DNA of 64,000 bases from positions 156,105 through 220,104 of the forward strand of contig CASFCL010000001.1 in the NCBI GenBank assembly GCA_949293255.1, in the 5' to 3' direction. Below, in pieces: positions 1-9,715 of the stretch (its first letter is position 1; every line of letters starts with the position of its first letter). The notes under the pieces are model-generated. The model was not told the origin of the DNA. It saw only the letters and a list, made by a program, of their open reading frames with translations, and made no database searches. Source of the DNA: an uncultured bacterium (GTDB lineage: Bacteria; Bacillota_I; Bacilli_A; RFN20; CAG-826). The position numbers and the translations under genes are program-made.

Positions 1-2285
1 AATGGAATAATTGGGTTAAGTAATCTCATAACAGTGAATAAACATTCATTGATAACTGTTTGAACTTGTTTTCTTCTTGTTGAATCTTTGGCTTCACAAT
101 AAAGAATATCTTTAGCAAGATCAAAATAGAAACTTGATAAGTCATCACTCATAAATTTCATAATTTCAGTCATTGCTGAGATGAAGTTAAATTCATCTAC
201 GAAATTAATGAATTTATTTTTAACTTCTTCAAGTTTAGCAAGGATGAATAAATCAATTTTTTCAAACTTAGTTTGGATATCACTTTCTTTAAAGGTATCT
301 TCTAAACTACCATTTGATAAGTTTCCAAGCATAAATCTGAAAGTATTTCTAATTTTTCTATATTGTTCTGAAATGGTTTTGATAATATTTTCAGAAATTC
401 TTACATCTTGTTGATAATCAGTTAATGAAGCCCATAAACGTAAAATATCACTTCCATAAACATTGATAATTTTAATTGGATCAAGACCGTTACCTTTAGA
501 TTTTGACATTTTTTCCCATTTTTCATCCATGACGAAGCCATGAGAAACAACTTGTTTATATGGAGCAGTTTTATATAAGGCTTCAGATAAAATTAATGAT
601 GAATTGAACCATCCACGATATTGATCGCTACCTTCAAGATATAAATCAGCTGGATATTTTAAGCCTCTTTCACTTAAAACTCCGTTCCAAGAAGAGCCAC
701 TATCAAACCAAACATCCATGATATCTTTTTCTTTTTTATAGACTCCATTTGGTGAATGTTCATTTTTATAACCTTCTGGTAAAAGTTCGACTGCATCGAG
801 CTTATACCAAATATTACTACCATTTTCTCTAACTAAATATTCGATGTGATCAAAGACTTCTCTTTCTAAAATTGGAGTTCCATCTTCACAGTAAATAATT
901 GGAATTGGTACACCCCGAACTCTTTGACGAGAAATACACCAATCGTTTCTATCTTTAATCATGTTTACCATTCTGGTTTCACCCCATTTTGGTAACCATT
1001 TAACGTTATGGATATCTTTAATTAAATTTTCTCTAATTGGTGAAATTGAGCAGAACCATTGTGGAGTTGCTCTAAAAATAACTGGTTTATGAGTTCTCCA
1101 ATCGTGTGGATAGCTATGGGTAATTGTTTCTTCTTTTAAAAGTGCACCATTTTCTTCTAAGATTTTTAAGACTTCTTTATTTGCATCTTCATAGAACATT
1201 CCTTCAAGTCTTGGTCCACATTCTTTCATCATCATACCGTGCTCATCAACAGGGCAATATGGCTTGATCCCATATTTTAAACAAACTTGATAGTCATCTT
1301 CACCATGTCCTGGAGCGATATGAACAAGACCTGTACCAGTATCACCGGTAACATAATCACCTAAAATTAATAATGATTCTCTATCATAGAAAGGATGTTT
1401 TGTAACAATTCCTTCAAGATCTTTACCCTTGAATTCTTTAAGTAATTCACATTCAGTTAAACCGATTTTTTTAGTTAACTCATCTTTTAAATCTTCTAAG
1501 AATAATAAAGTTCCAATGTTTGTTTTATATAATCCATAGTTAAGTTCTGGATTAGCACAAATTGCTAAGTTTGCTGGAAGGGTCCATGGTGTAGTTGTCC
1601 AGATTAAGAATTTTGTATCGTTAGGAACGATATTTTTTCCATCGATTGTATTAAATGCGACATAAATTGTGTAAGTTTCGACGTCTTGATATTCAATTTC
1701 AGCTTCAGCTAAAGCTGATTCACTACTTGGTGACCAATAAACTGGCTTTAATCCTTTATATATAAGGCCTTGAAGAGCCATTTCACTAAAACAATGAATT
1801 TCTCTAGCTTCAAATTCTTTATTTAAAGTGATGTATGGGTTATCGTAATCTCCTAAACAGCCAAGTCTTTTAATGTCAGCTTTTTGTCTTTCAACTTGAG
1901 AAAGTGCGTAATCTCTACATTTTTCTCTAAATTCGAAAACTGGAGTTGTTTTTCTATTAACACCCATTTTTGTGACCATGTTTTCAATTGGAAGACCGTG
2001 TGTATCCCATCCAAAAATAAATGGAGTTTCATATCCTTCCATATTTTTAATACGAATGACAAAATCTTTTAAAACTCTATTTAACATATGTCCACAATGC
2101 ATTGCACCATTTGCATATGGAGGACCATCGTGAAGTACGTATTCTCCTAAAGTTCTATTTTCATTCATATGATGATAAACATCATCTTTTTGCCATTTTT
2201 CGACTAATTTTGGTTCTTTTTGAGATAAATTACCTCTCATTTCAAAGTTAGTTTTTGGCATCAATAAGCTATCTTTTGTTTCCAT
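1..2285 (-). CDS. ileS: isoleucyl-tRNA synthetase, N-terminal ~760 aa (3' end runs off window start)
   Basis: Minus-strand translation from the ATG at 2285..2283 gives METKDSLLMPKTNFEMRGNLSQKEP...VLHDGPPYANGAMHCGHMLNRVLKD, the class I HIGH region typical of IleS. It is absent from the ORF track because the window edge truncates it. A T-box leader lies upstream. Confidence 0.85.
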   Translation of the reverse strand, partial: METKDSLLMPKTNFEMRGNLSQKEPKLVEKWQKDDVYHHMNENRTLGEYVLHDGPPYANGAMHCGHMLNRVLKDFVIRIKNMEGYETPFIFGWDTHGLPIENMVTKMGVNRKTTPVFEFREKCRDYALSQVERQKADIKRLGCLGDYDNPYITLNKEFEAREIHCFSEMALQGLIYKGLKPVYWSPSSESALAEAEIEYQDVETYTIYVAFNTIDGKNIVPNDTKFLIWTTTPWTLPANLAICANPELNYGLYKTNIGTLLFLEDLKDELTKKIGLTECELLKEFKGKDLEGIVTKHPFYDRESLLILGDYVTGDTGTGLVHIAPGHGEDDYQVCLKYGIKPYCPVDEHGMMMKECGPRLEGMFYEDANKEVLKILEENGALLKEETITHSYPHDWRTHKPVIFRATPQWFCSISPIRENLIKDIHNVKWLPKWGETRMVNMIKDRNDWCISRQRVRGVPIPIIYCEDGTPILEREVFDHIEYLVRENGSNIWYKLDAVELLPEGYKNEHSPNGVYKKEKDIMDVWFDSGSSWNGVLSERGLKYPADLYLEGSDQYRGWFNSSLILSEALYKTAPYKQVVSHGFVMDEKWEKMSKSKGNGLDPIKIINVYGSDILRLWASLTDYQQDVRISENIIKTISEQYRKIRNTFRFMLGNLSNGSLEDTFKESDIQTKFEKIDLFILAKLEEVKNKFINFVDEFNFISAMTEIMKFMSDDLSSFYFDLAKDILYCEAKDSTRRKQVQTVINECLFTVMRLLNPIIP

Positions 2286-2492
2286 GGACATTCTCCTTTA
2301 AATAAAAAAACCTTAGATTTCTCTAAGGACGATTGATCGTGGTACCACCTTAGTTATTAATATATAAAATATTAATCACTCTCTATAATTTAAAGATTTA
2401 AATAAAAGTGATACCTAATAGCGTTAAAGTATAACTTTCACCAGACGTTATCTCTCTAAGCTTTAATCATCTACTAGACGTGTCTTTTACGT
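2286..2492 (-). promoter_or_regulatory. T-box riboswitch leader of ileS
   Basis: On the minus strand the T-box sequence AACTAAGGTGGTACCACG is followed by the terminator hairpin CCTTAGAGAAATCTAAGG and a T7 run (plus 2301..2328). Upstream is a TTGTAT-17-TATAAT promoter (plus 2527..2499) and AGAGA-type stem I motifs. A possible AUC specifier lies near plus 2410..2412. Confidence 0.75.
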
Positions 2493-2538
2493 TTAAAAAT
2501 TATAAATTATTTATTAATTAAATACAAATAATTTGTAA

Positions 2539-2567
2539 AAGGCACCAATTTATTCGATTGGTGCCTT
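2539..2567 (-). terminator. intrinsic terminator after ftsZ (hairpin flanked by A/T runs on both sides)
   Basis: The hairpin AAGGCACCAATTTATTCGATTGGTGCCTT has flanking A and T runs. Confidence 0.6.
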
Positions 2568-2580
2568 ATTTTTTATAATT

Positions 2581-3696
2581 TTAGAAGTTTCTTTCTTCAA
2601 GGAATGATGGCATGAAGTCATCATCTTTTGCTTCTTTTTCTTCAGGAGTTGAAGATAAACTACTTAATCCAGCTTGAATATCTCTTAAATCTTGTTGAGC
2701 TGATGGTCTAGTAAATGTGATGTTAGTTTTTGAGAAATCAACATCGCCTTTAAAGCCACTAGCAATAATTGAAACTAAGACTTGATCACCTAATTGATCA
2801 TTAATTGAGATACCAAATTTAAGATCTAATTGATTGCCACTTTCTTCAATAATTTTTTCAACACAGCTTTGTGAATCAAAGAGTGAAACATTTGGCCCAC
2901 AAGTGATATGGCAAATTGCTTTTGTTGCTCCTTCAATTGATTGTTCAATTAATGGAGATGAGATTGCACTTTTTGCGGCATCTTCAGCACGTTTTTCTCC
3001 GCTTCCACTTCCAAATCCAATTAAAGCGATTCCACCATCTTTTAAAGTGTTTTTAACATCAGCGAAATCTAAATTAATTAAAGCTGGCATTAAAATTAAA
3101 TCGGTGACAGTTTTAACTGAGTAAGCTAAAACCTTATCTGCTTCTGAAAATGCTGATCCAATTGGAGCATTTCCGCTATTAATTAATAATTTATCGTTAC
3201 TAACAATAATTAAACTATCGCAGCTTTCTTTTAATTCATTTAAACCTTCAATAGCGTTTTGATTTTTTCTATTTCCTTCAAAAGTGAATGGTCTAGTAAC
3301 AATTGCAACAACTAAACATCCTTGTTCTTTAGCAATTTTACAAATTACAGGAGCAGCACCAGTTCCTGTACCTCCTCCCATACCAGCTGCAACAAATACC
3401 ATATTTGCTCCGCTAACTATTTGCTTGATTTCTTCTTGGCTAGCTTCAGCTGCTTCTTTACCTACCTTTGGTTCACCGCCAGCTCCTAAACCATTTGTTA
3501 AGTTTTCACCTAAAATAATCCTATTTTGAGCTTTGGAAAGTGACAAAGCTTGTTTATCAGTATTTGCAACATAAAATTCAACGTTATTGATGCTTTCATC
3601 AATCATTCTATTGACTGCATTATTACCAGCACCACCAACACCGATAACAATAATTTTAGCGACTGGTTCGAAATAATTTAAATCGTCATTTGACAT
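2581..3696 (-). CDS. ftsZ: cell division GTPase FtsZ
   Basis: 371 aa with the tubulin signature GGGTGTGAAPVIA and the IGVGGAGNNAV N-terminus. Confidence 0.95.
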   Translation of the reverse strand: MSNDDLNYFEPVAKIIVIGVGGAGNNAVNRMIDESINNVEFYVANTDKQALSLSKAQNRIILGENLTNGLGAGGEPKVGKEAAEASQEEIKQIVSGANMVFVAAGMGGGTGTGAAPVICKIAKEQGCLVVAIVTRPFTFEGNRKNQNAIEGLNELKESCDSLIIVSNDKLLINSGNAPIGSAFSEADKVLAYSVKTVTDLILMPALINLDFADVKNTLKDGGIALIGFGSGSGEKRAEDAAKSAISSPLIEQSIEGATKAICHITCGPNVSLFDSQSCVEKIIEESGNQLDLKFGISINDQLGDQVLVSIIASGFKGDVDFSKTNITFTRPSAQQDLRDIQAGLSSLSSTPEEKEAKDDDFMPSFLEERNF

Positions 3697-3707
3697 AAGT
3701 TAACCTC

Positions 3708-4934
3708 CTATAATGTGTCGGTAGTTTCTTTATATTCTTCAGGTCCTTGCTCTCTATTTACTTCTCTGATTTTATTTTTTTGATTATCGAGAAGTGAGCC
3801 CTTATAAATACTTGTAAAGTAGATTGCTCCTAAAGAATCTACCCATCCTGGTTCTTCTGCACCGACTGTATTTGTTGTGATAATATCAATTTTGTTATGT
3901 GGGAAGAAACGTTTAATATAATCTTTAAATCCATTAATTAAACATCCATTTCCGATAAATGCTAAAGCAAATTTAGCAAGTGTATCTTCTTTACCTTGTG
4001 TAAAGCTATCGATTGTATTTTTTAAATATTCAATCCATTCTTTCATAAAGGATAAAACGACTGTATTTAATTCATCTTTTGAATATCCTTTATTGATGAC
4101 GCTAGTTGGATCTTTACATAAATCTGGATTGTAAGAATTTTTTCTAGCATCGTATCCATAAATTTTCTTTAATCTTTCAGCTTCTACATTTGAAATATTA
4201 AATTCTTTAGCAATTTTTTCTGTTAAATGATCACTTCCAAGTGGAATATAGCTACTTGCAAGGACGTGTCTATAAGAAATTACTGATACTGTTGTAGTTC
4301 TTTCTCCGAAATTGATTAAGAAATAATGGATTGGTTCATAATTAATTGAAGTTAATAGATAACTTGCACCAACTGGAGCAATAACTTCTCTTTTTACTTT
4401 AATTTTTGCTAAAGCTAAAGCCTTTTTTAAATCCTCAATTAACTTTTTAGGTAAGGTATAAATATTTGCTCTAATATTTAAAGTTGTTGATATTTCATTT
4501 AATGGAGGATTTTGATATTGACGATTTCCATCGCAAATAAATAAGTTAGGAATGACATCCACTAACACATTATTTGAGTTAGGAATTCTTTCTTTTTTAA
4601 CTAAAGATAAACAGTTAAGAATATCTAAATCATTGATTTTTGAATCTTGTGAGATGGTGTTTGTACCTTTTTGAGTGGTATAAACATCTAATCCATAAGG
4701 AGGATAAATTAAAGTTACCTCATTGATAGATAATTTTAATTTATGATCTTCAAGATGTTGAATTACACTTAAATCTGAAGCTAAAGAATCAAAATCAAAA
4801 ATATCGCAATCGTTTATAACGGTTGAAAGTGGGAATACTTTACGGTAGATGATATCAACTTTGTCATCTAACATGTATCCAACTGTGACTCTAAATGATG
4901 AATTTTGAATTTCTAATGTAGCAATTTGTTCCAT
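3708..4934 (-). CDS. ftsA: cell division protein FtsA (actin-like ATPase)
   Basis: 408 aa, immediately upstream of ftsZ. The length and an actin/Hsp70-fold pattern support the call. Its own promoter-like TTATAAT lies upstream. Confidence 0.6.
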   Translation of the reverse strand: MEQIATLEIQNSSFRVTVGYMLDDKVDIIYRKVFPLSTVINDCDIFDFDSLASDLSVIQHLEDHKLKLSINEVTLIYPPYGLDVYTTQKGTNTISQDSKINDLDILNCLSLVKKERIPNSNNVLVDVIPNLFICDGNRQYQNPPLNEISTTLNIRANIYTLPKKLIEDLKKALALAKIKVKREVIAPVGASYLLTSINYEPIHYFLINFGERTTTVSVISYRHVLASSYIPLGSDHLTEKIAKEFNISNVEAERLKKIYGYDARKNSYNPDLCKDPTSVINKGYSKDELNTVVLSFMKEWIEYLKNTIDSFTQGKEDTLAKFALAFIGNGCLINGFKDYIKRFFPHNKIDIITTNTVGAEEPGWVDSLGAIYFTSIYKGSLLDNQKNKIREVNREQGPEEYKETTDTL

Positions 4935-5078
4935 AATACGTTTAAAATTATAAGGTTTTTAAGTGTAATTAACAATAAAGATTATTAGTCTTTTTTTAGT
5001 GTTTTGTAAGTATAATTTGAGTAATTTAAAAGGCAATATTTAAGGGGGATTATTGCCTTTTTAAAAGGAGGAATTTAT

Positions 5079-5300
5079 TTAGAACCTAAGGAGGTTGTTT
5101 GCTTCTTCATTAACTTTGTCTAAGGATTCTTTTGCTACTCTTTCTTCTTGTGCTTCTTTTTGCGCTTTTAAAGTAGCAGCAATTGAAACTGGAATTGCAA
5201 CTACAACACTTACACACATAAAGATTCCGAATAAAGTGCTAATCTTTTTAAAGTAATAATAGAAATAACCATGATTGGTTTTTACTAATTTGTCTTCCAT
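5079..5300 (-). CDS. small bitopic membrane protein, possibly a minimal FtsL-like divisome component
   Basis: 73 aa with a short cytoplasmic N-terminus, one TM helix and a KE-rich predicted coiled coil. It occupies the ftsL position between rsmH and ftsA. Confidence 0.35.
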   Translation of the reverse strand: MEDKLVKTNHGYFYYYFKKISTLFGIFMCVSVVVAIPVSIAATLKAQKEAQEERVAKESLDKVNEEANNLLRF

Positions 5301-5314
5301 TATTTTGTCCTCAC

Positions 5315-6256
5315 TTATTTGACTTTTTCTAAAATTCTAAGCTTTGCTGACTTTGAACGGCGATTCGACAATAACTCTTCTTCGCTTGGTAGCATAACCT
5401 TTTTAGTTATCTCTTTATAATCAGGTGTTTTGATTAACTTAGGATCAACTATTTCATTGACTCTATTTCCTTCAACGACACTATATTTTTTAAAGAGATT
5501 TTTAACGATCCTATCTTCTAAAGATTGAAAGGAAATTACTACTACTCTTCCACCAACATTTAACATATTGATGACATCTTCAAGTGATTCTTTTAAGACA
5601 TCGAGTTCTTTATTAACTTCGATTCTTAATGCTTGGAATACTTGTTTTGCAGGATGCCCAACTTTTTTAAGTTCTTTACTTGGTTTTCCTTTTTTAATGA
5701 TTTCAACTAACTCTAATGTAGTTTCAATTTCTTTATTCTCTCTAGAAGAGACGATTTGCCTAGCAATTTGATAAGCATATTTTTCTTCACCATATTCTCT
5801 AAAGATTCTAGTTAATTCATTTAATGAATAGGTGTTGACAATCTTTTTAGCAGTTAATGGATTTTCTAGATCCATTCTCATATCGAGTGGACCATCGAAT
5901 CGATAAGAGAAACCTCTATAATCTTCATCGAATTGAGGTGATGAAACTCCTAAATCATATAAAGCTCCATCAATTTTATCGATTTTTTCATTTTGGAGTA
6001 CTTTTTTGATATCTTTGAAGTTACTTTTAATGATTTTAAAGTTTCCACCGACTTCTTGAAGTACTTCTTTTGAGTAATTTATTGCTTCTTCATCTTGGTC
6101 TAAACAAATTAATCTTCCTGAAGTTAATCTTTTTAAGATTTCTTTAGAATGACCTGCTCTACCAAGAGTTAAATCACAATAAGTTCCATCACTTTTAATG
6201 TTTAATCCTTCTATAGACTCAGCTAACATGACAGAGTAATGTTTATTTGTTTTCAT
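5315..6256 (-). CDS. rsmH: 16S rRNA (cytosine1402-N4)-methyltransferase RsmH/MraW
   Basis: 313 aa with the N-terminal ...YCDLTLGRAGHSKEIL... SAM-binding motif, located between mraZ and the division genes. Confidence 0.9.
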   Translation of the reverse strand: MKTNKHYSVMLAESIEGLNIKSDGTYCDLTLGRAGHSKEILKRLTSGRLICLDQDEEAINYSKEVLQEVGGNFKIIKSNFKDIKKVLQNEKIDKIDGALYDLGVSSPQFDEDYRGFSYRFDGPLDMRMDLENPLTAKKIVNTYSLNELTRIFREYGEEKYAYQIARQIVSSRENKEIETTLELVEIIKKGKPSKELKKVGHPAKQVFQALRIEVNKELDVLKESLEDVINMLNVGGRVVVISFQSLEDRIVKNLFKKYSVVEGNRVNEIVDPKLIKTPDYKEITKKVMLPSEEELLSNRRSKSAKLRILEKVK

Positions 6257-6677
6257 TCTTTATAATCGCTTCTGCATCTTTTTCGAAATCTTCGATGTGT
6301 TCACCTTTATATTCGTTCCACTTCTCAAGATCCCAAACTTCGATGTGGTCTAACACGCCTAGAATTAAGACTTTATTACCAATCTTGTACTCACTTAACG
6401 TCTTTAGAGGGATTGCCATTCTGTTCAAGTTATCAACTTTAATTTCTACAACTGATTGTAGAAGCATACGTTGATATAAACGAACTTCTTTGCTTTCAAA
6501 TTGAAGTGTAGATAGTTTGGAGATAAGAGCTTTGAAATCTTCTTCTTTGTAAAGTGAAACACAACCATCGTATCCTTTTAATAAGAAAAGTTGATTACCT
6601 ACTCCATCTCTCATTTTCTTAGGAAGATTTAGACGGCCTTTTTCGTCTACTGAGTATTCATAACTTCCATAAAACAT
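6243..6677 (-). CDS. mraZ: transcriptional regulator MraZ
   Basis: 144 aa. MFYGSYEYSVDEKGRLNLPKKMR matches the MraZ N-terminus (MF.G.....D.KGR...P), and a second DxxGR repeat is present. It overlaps rsmH by 14 nt. Confidence 0.9.
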   Translation of the reverse strand: MFYGSYEYSVDEKGRLNLPKKMRDGVGNQLFLLKGYDGCVSLYKEEDFKALISKLSTLQFESKEVRLYQRMLLQSVVEIKVDNLNRMAIPLKTLSEYKIGNKVLILGVLDHIEVWDLEKWNEYKGEHIEDFEKDAEAIIKNENK

Positions 6678-6689
6678 AGCTCAATTTTT

Positions 6690-6709
6690 CTCCCACTTTC
6701 TCCCACTGC
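6690..6709 (-). promoter_or_regulatory. MraZ-box direct repeats (AGTGGGAGAA x2, 10-bp period) in the mraZ 5' UTR
   Basis: The minus strand reads AGTGGGAGAAAGTGGGAGAAAAATTGAGCTATG. The downstream repeat probably doubles as the SD sequence. Confidence 0.55.
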
Positions 6710-6796
6710 TTAATAAAATCTTAAAACTTGGAGAGATTATTGTCTAGTTTTTATTTATAAAACTTTTAATTTTTTTCACTATTTTTTTGACAATGT

Positions 6797-6821
6797 AAAA
6801 AAAGTGCTCACAATGAGCACT
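6797..6821 (-). terminator. intrinsic terminator after the DUF177 gene
   Basis: Hairpin AGTGCTCACAATGAGCACT followed on the minus strand by a T7 run. Confidence 0.6.
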
Positions 6822-6845
6822 AATTTTGATTAAAAGTTTTATAAA

Positions 6846-7322
6846 TTAAGAATCGAAGTCGATATCAGATAATATATCAAATGGAGATGACTCTTTTTCA
6901 AGATCTTCTTCTTTTAAGATTTTGATTCCTTCGATTGTATCGGTACTTTCGCCTTTTTTATGAGGATTTGTTGGAAGAGATACAACTGTTAAAGAATAGA
7001 TAATTTCATCTAAATCGATGTCTTCTTTTGTATAGAAAACTTCTTCTGTTTCATAATCAGGATTGTTTGTATAAATTAGCTCTTCTTCAATTGAAATTTC
7101 ATCTTCAAATGGTTTAAAAGTATAGGCACTTTTGAGGGTTAAATTTACTTTTCCTGAGATATTTAAAGTTAAGATTTCTCCCACTTTATTTGAACAGATA
7201 TTTATTGATGCATCATTAAAGGAAATGATGTCTTTTGAATGATTAAGTTCGTTTAATTTTTGAGATTTAAAATCGTAAACGAATTCTTCGCTGCCTTTAA
7301 AAGTTGAAAATTTAAGTTTCAT
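6846..7322 (-). CDS. acidic DUF177/YceD(YlbN)-like protein
   Basis: 158 aa. ...ISGKVNLTL...EDIDLDEIIYSLTVVSLP resembles the YlbN/YceD pattern, but the CxxC pairs are missing. Confidence 0.35.
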   Translation of the reverse strand: MKLKFSTFKGSEEFVYDFKSQKLNELNHSKDIISFNDASINICSNKVGEILTLNISGKVNLTLKSAYTFKPFEDEISIEEELIYTNNPDYETEEVFYTKEDIDLDEIIYSLTVVSLPTNPHKKGESTDTIEGIKILKEEDLEKESSPFDILSDIDFDS

Positions 7323-9712
7323 TATTGTCTAATCTCCGCTTTAAATTTAGAGACAAGAATTTCTCTAATTTTTAAATCAATTGGAACAATTTCATTATCT
7401 TTTAAGGTGCGATCTTTAGCTTCAAAAGTAATTCTAATTGCTAAAGAAACATGTCCTTCTTTAATGTGTTCACCTTCATAAATATCAAAGACGTTAACAT
7501 TTTTAATGATATTTGATTGTTTTTTGATTTCTCTTTTTAAATCACTAAACTTAATATCTTTTGAAACGATGAATGCGTAATCTCTTGAAGAAGATGGATA
7601 AACGCTGATTGCTTCGAATTTATTATTTTTAGTTTTAGTTACAAAAAGTAATGATAAATCACATTCCATAACTACACATGCAACTTTTCCTAAACCTAAT
7701 TCTTTACGTTTAAGAGGATGAAGTTCACCCAAAACTGCAAATGGTCTTCCATCTAAAGAAATTAATGCACTTCTATACGGATGGAATTCTTCATTTTCTT
7801 TTAATCTTTCGACTTTTACTCTACTTTCAGCAATATTAAATGAAGCTAAAAGGTTATCTACGATACCTTTTAAGTCGTAGTAATCATATTCTCTTTCTTC
7901 AATGTGATCGATTCCATATTTTTTACCAACTAAGGCAACTGAAAGATGTTTACGAATTGATTTTTTAGTATCGATATTTGAAACTTCAAATAAACCAAAG
8001 TCAGCTTGTTGGTGATTTAAGTTATAAGCTACAGTTTTAAGCATTGAAGGAAGTAAAGATAATCTAACATATTCATGTTCTTCTGTGATTGGGTTAGAAA
8101 TTTTATATCCTTCTTCTTTATTTAAGTAGTTAAAACTATTTACTTCATCTTTAGAAATTAATGAATAAGATAAAATTTGATGAAGACCACTAGAAATTAA
8201 GAAATCTTCTACTTTTCTTGTTTTAACTTCTTCAATTTTTAATTTTCCAACCGTCATATCGGTAGAAGGAAGAATTGTTACGATGTTATTGATACCTAAA
8301 TATCTAATAACTTCTTCACTTAAATCAGCTTTTCCATCAATATCAATTCTGAAATTTGGAACTACTGCTTTAAAGTTATTACCATCAACATCAACAATTT
8401 CAAAATATAATTTTGTTAAAGTCTTTTTGATTTCTTCATAGCTAAATGAAGTTCCAAGTCTATTGTTGATGTAGTCTTTTGAACATTCAATAACTTTTTG
8501 ATCATGATTTAATTCATCATATTTCAATATGTTTGAAATTTCTTTATATGAAGTTAAATCTTTTAAGATATTTGTTGTTAAATTTAAAACAAAGTCAGCT
8601 TGATCTTTATTGATTCCTTTAATAAATCTTTGAGATGAATCAGAGGATAAACCAAGTCTAGTAGCTGTTTTTCTAATTTGAGCGTGGTTGAAATTTGCTG
8701 CTTCAATTGCAATATTTTTAGTATTTGAAGTAACTTCACTATTTAATCCACCTAATACACCACCAACACAGACAATTTCATTATTTGATGTAACAACTAA
8801 ATCGCCATTTTTGATGTGATATGTTTTTTCATCAAGTGTATTGAATTCACAATCAAAATTATCTTTAACAGTTAACTCTTTAACATTTAATGCATCTAAA
8901 TCATACATATGTAATGGTTGGCCAGTTAAAAGCATGATGTAGTTTCCTAAATCAACGATGTTATTAATTGATTTAATACCTTCGCTATTTAAACAATCTT
9001 TTAACCATTTTGGTGATTCCTTGATTTCGATTCCTCTAACAATTTTTAAAGCAAATTCTTTACAGTTAGTTGATTCACTTCCGACTTTAAAGTCTTTTTC
9101 AACGTAAGTTGAATCTTCTTTTGCTTCAGGAATATTTACTGGTAAAGAAAATAATGCTCCAATTTCTCTAGCAACATTAAAAAGTGCGTAGCAATCGCTT
9201 CTATTTGCTAAAAGTGAGAGGTCTAAAATTGTATCTTCAAGTCCTAAATATTCTAAAACTTTAGTGTTTCCAACTACTGCATCATCACCTAATTCTTCAA
9301 TTCCACTAATTTGTTCTGGTTTTAAATATTTTTCATCAACACCAAGTTCATTTAATGCACATAGCATGCCTTCACTTTCAACACCTTTAAGTGTTGTTTT
9401 TAAGATTTCTTTATCTTTTAATTTAGCTCCAACTTGAGCAACGATGACTTTTAATCCTTCTCTTACATTAGGAGCACCACAAACAATATTTAAAACTTGG
9501 CTTCCAATATCGACTTTACAAATGTGTAAGTGATCTGAATCTGGATGATTAACACAAGAAATTACTTGTCCAATGATTAAATTAGTTGCTTCAGCTGATT
9601 TTTTAATGTCTTCAACTTCAATTCCGCTAAAAGTTAATTTATTAGCAATTTCTTCAGGAGTTAATGAACTTATATCAACATATTTTGAAATTTCTCTTAA
9701 ACTTACTAACAT
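7322..9712 (-). CDS. pheT: phenylalanyl-tRNA synthetase beta subunit
   Basis: 796 aa with a PheT-type N-terminus (tRNA-binding, B3/4, B5 and FDX-ACB order inferred). It lies immediately downstream of pheS. Confidence 0.9.
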   Translation of the reverse strand: MLVSLREISKYVDISSLTPEEIANKLTFSGIEVEDIKKSAEATNLIIGQVISCVNHPDSDHLHICKVDIGSQVLNIVCGAPNVREGLKVIVAQVGAKLKDKEILKTTLKGVESEGMLCALNELGVDEKYLKPEQISGIEELGDDAVVGNTKVLEYLGLEDTILDLSLLANRSDCYALFNVAREIGALFSLPVNIPEAKEDSTYVEKDFKVGSESTNCKEFALKIVRGIEIKESPKWLKDCLNSEGIKSINNIVDLGNYIMLLTGQPLHMYDLDALNVKELTVKDNFDCEFNTLDEKTYHIKNGDLVVTSNNEIVCVGGVLGGLNSEVTSNTKNIAIEAANFNHAQIRKTATRLGLSSDSSQRFIKGINKDQADFVLNLTTNILKDLTSYKEISNILKYDELNHDQKVIECSKDYINNRLGTSFSYEEIKKTLTKLYFEIVDVDGNNFKAVVPNFRIDIDGKADLSEEVIRYLGINNIVTILPSTDMTVGKLKIEEVKTRKVEDFLISSGLHQILSYSLISKDEVNSFNYLNKEEGYKISNPITEEHEYVRLSLLPSMLKTVAYNLNHQQADFGLFEVSNIDTKKSIRKHLSVALVGKKYGIDHIEEREYDYYDLKGIVDNLLASFNIAESRVKVERLKENEEFHPYRSALISLDGRPFAVLGELHPLKRKELGLGKVACVVMECDLSLLFVTKTKNNKFEAISVYPSSSRDYAFIVSKDIKFSDLKREIKKQSNIIKNVNVFDIYEGEHIKEGHVSLAIRITFEAKDRTLKDNEIVPIDLKIREILVSKFKAEIRQ

Positions 9713-9715
9713 AAA

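Noticed and set aside
2834-3529. Plus-strand ORFs (96 and 81 aa) inside ftsZ.
   Set aside because: They are antisense to a highly conserved gene, have low-complexity P/A-rich translations and no SD. They are spurious.
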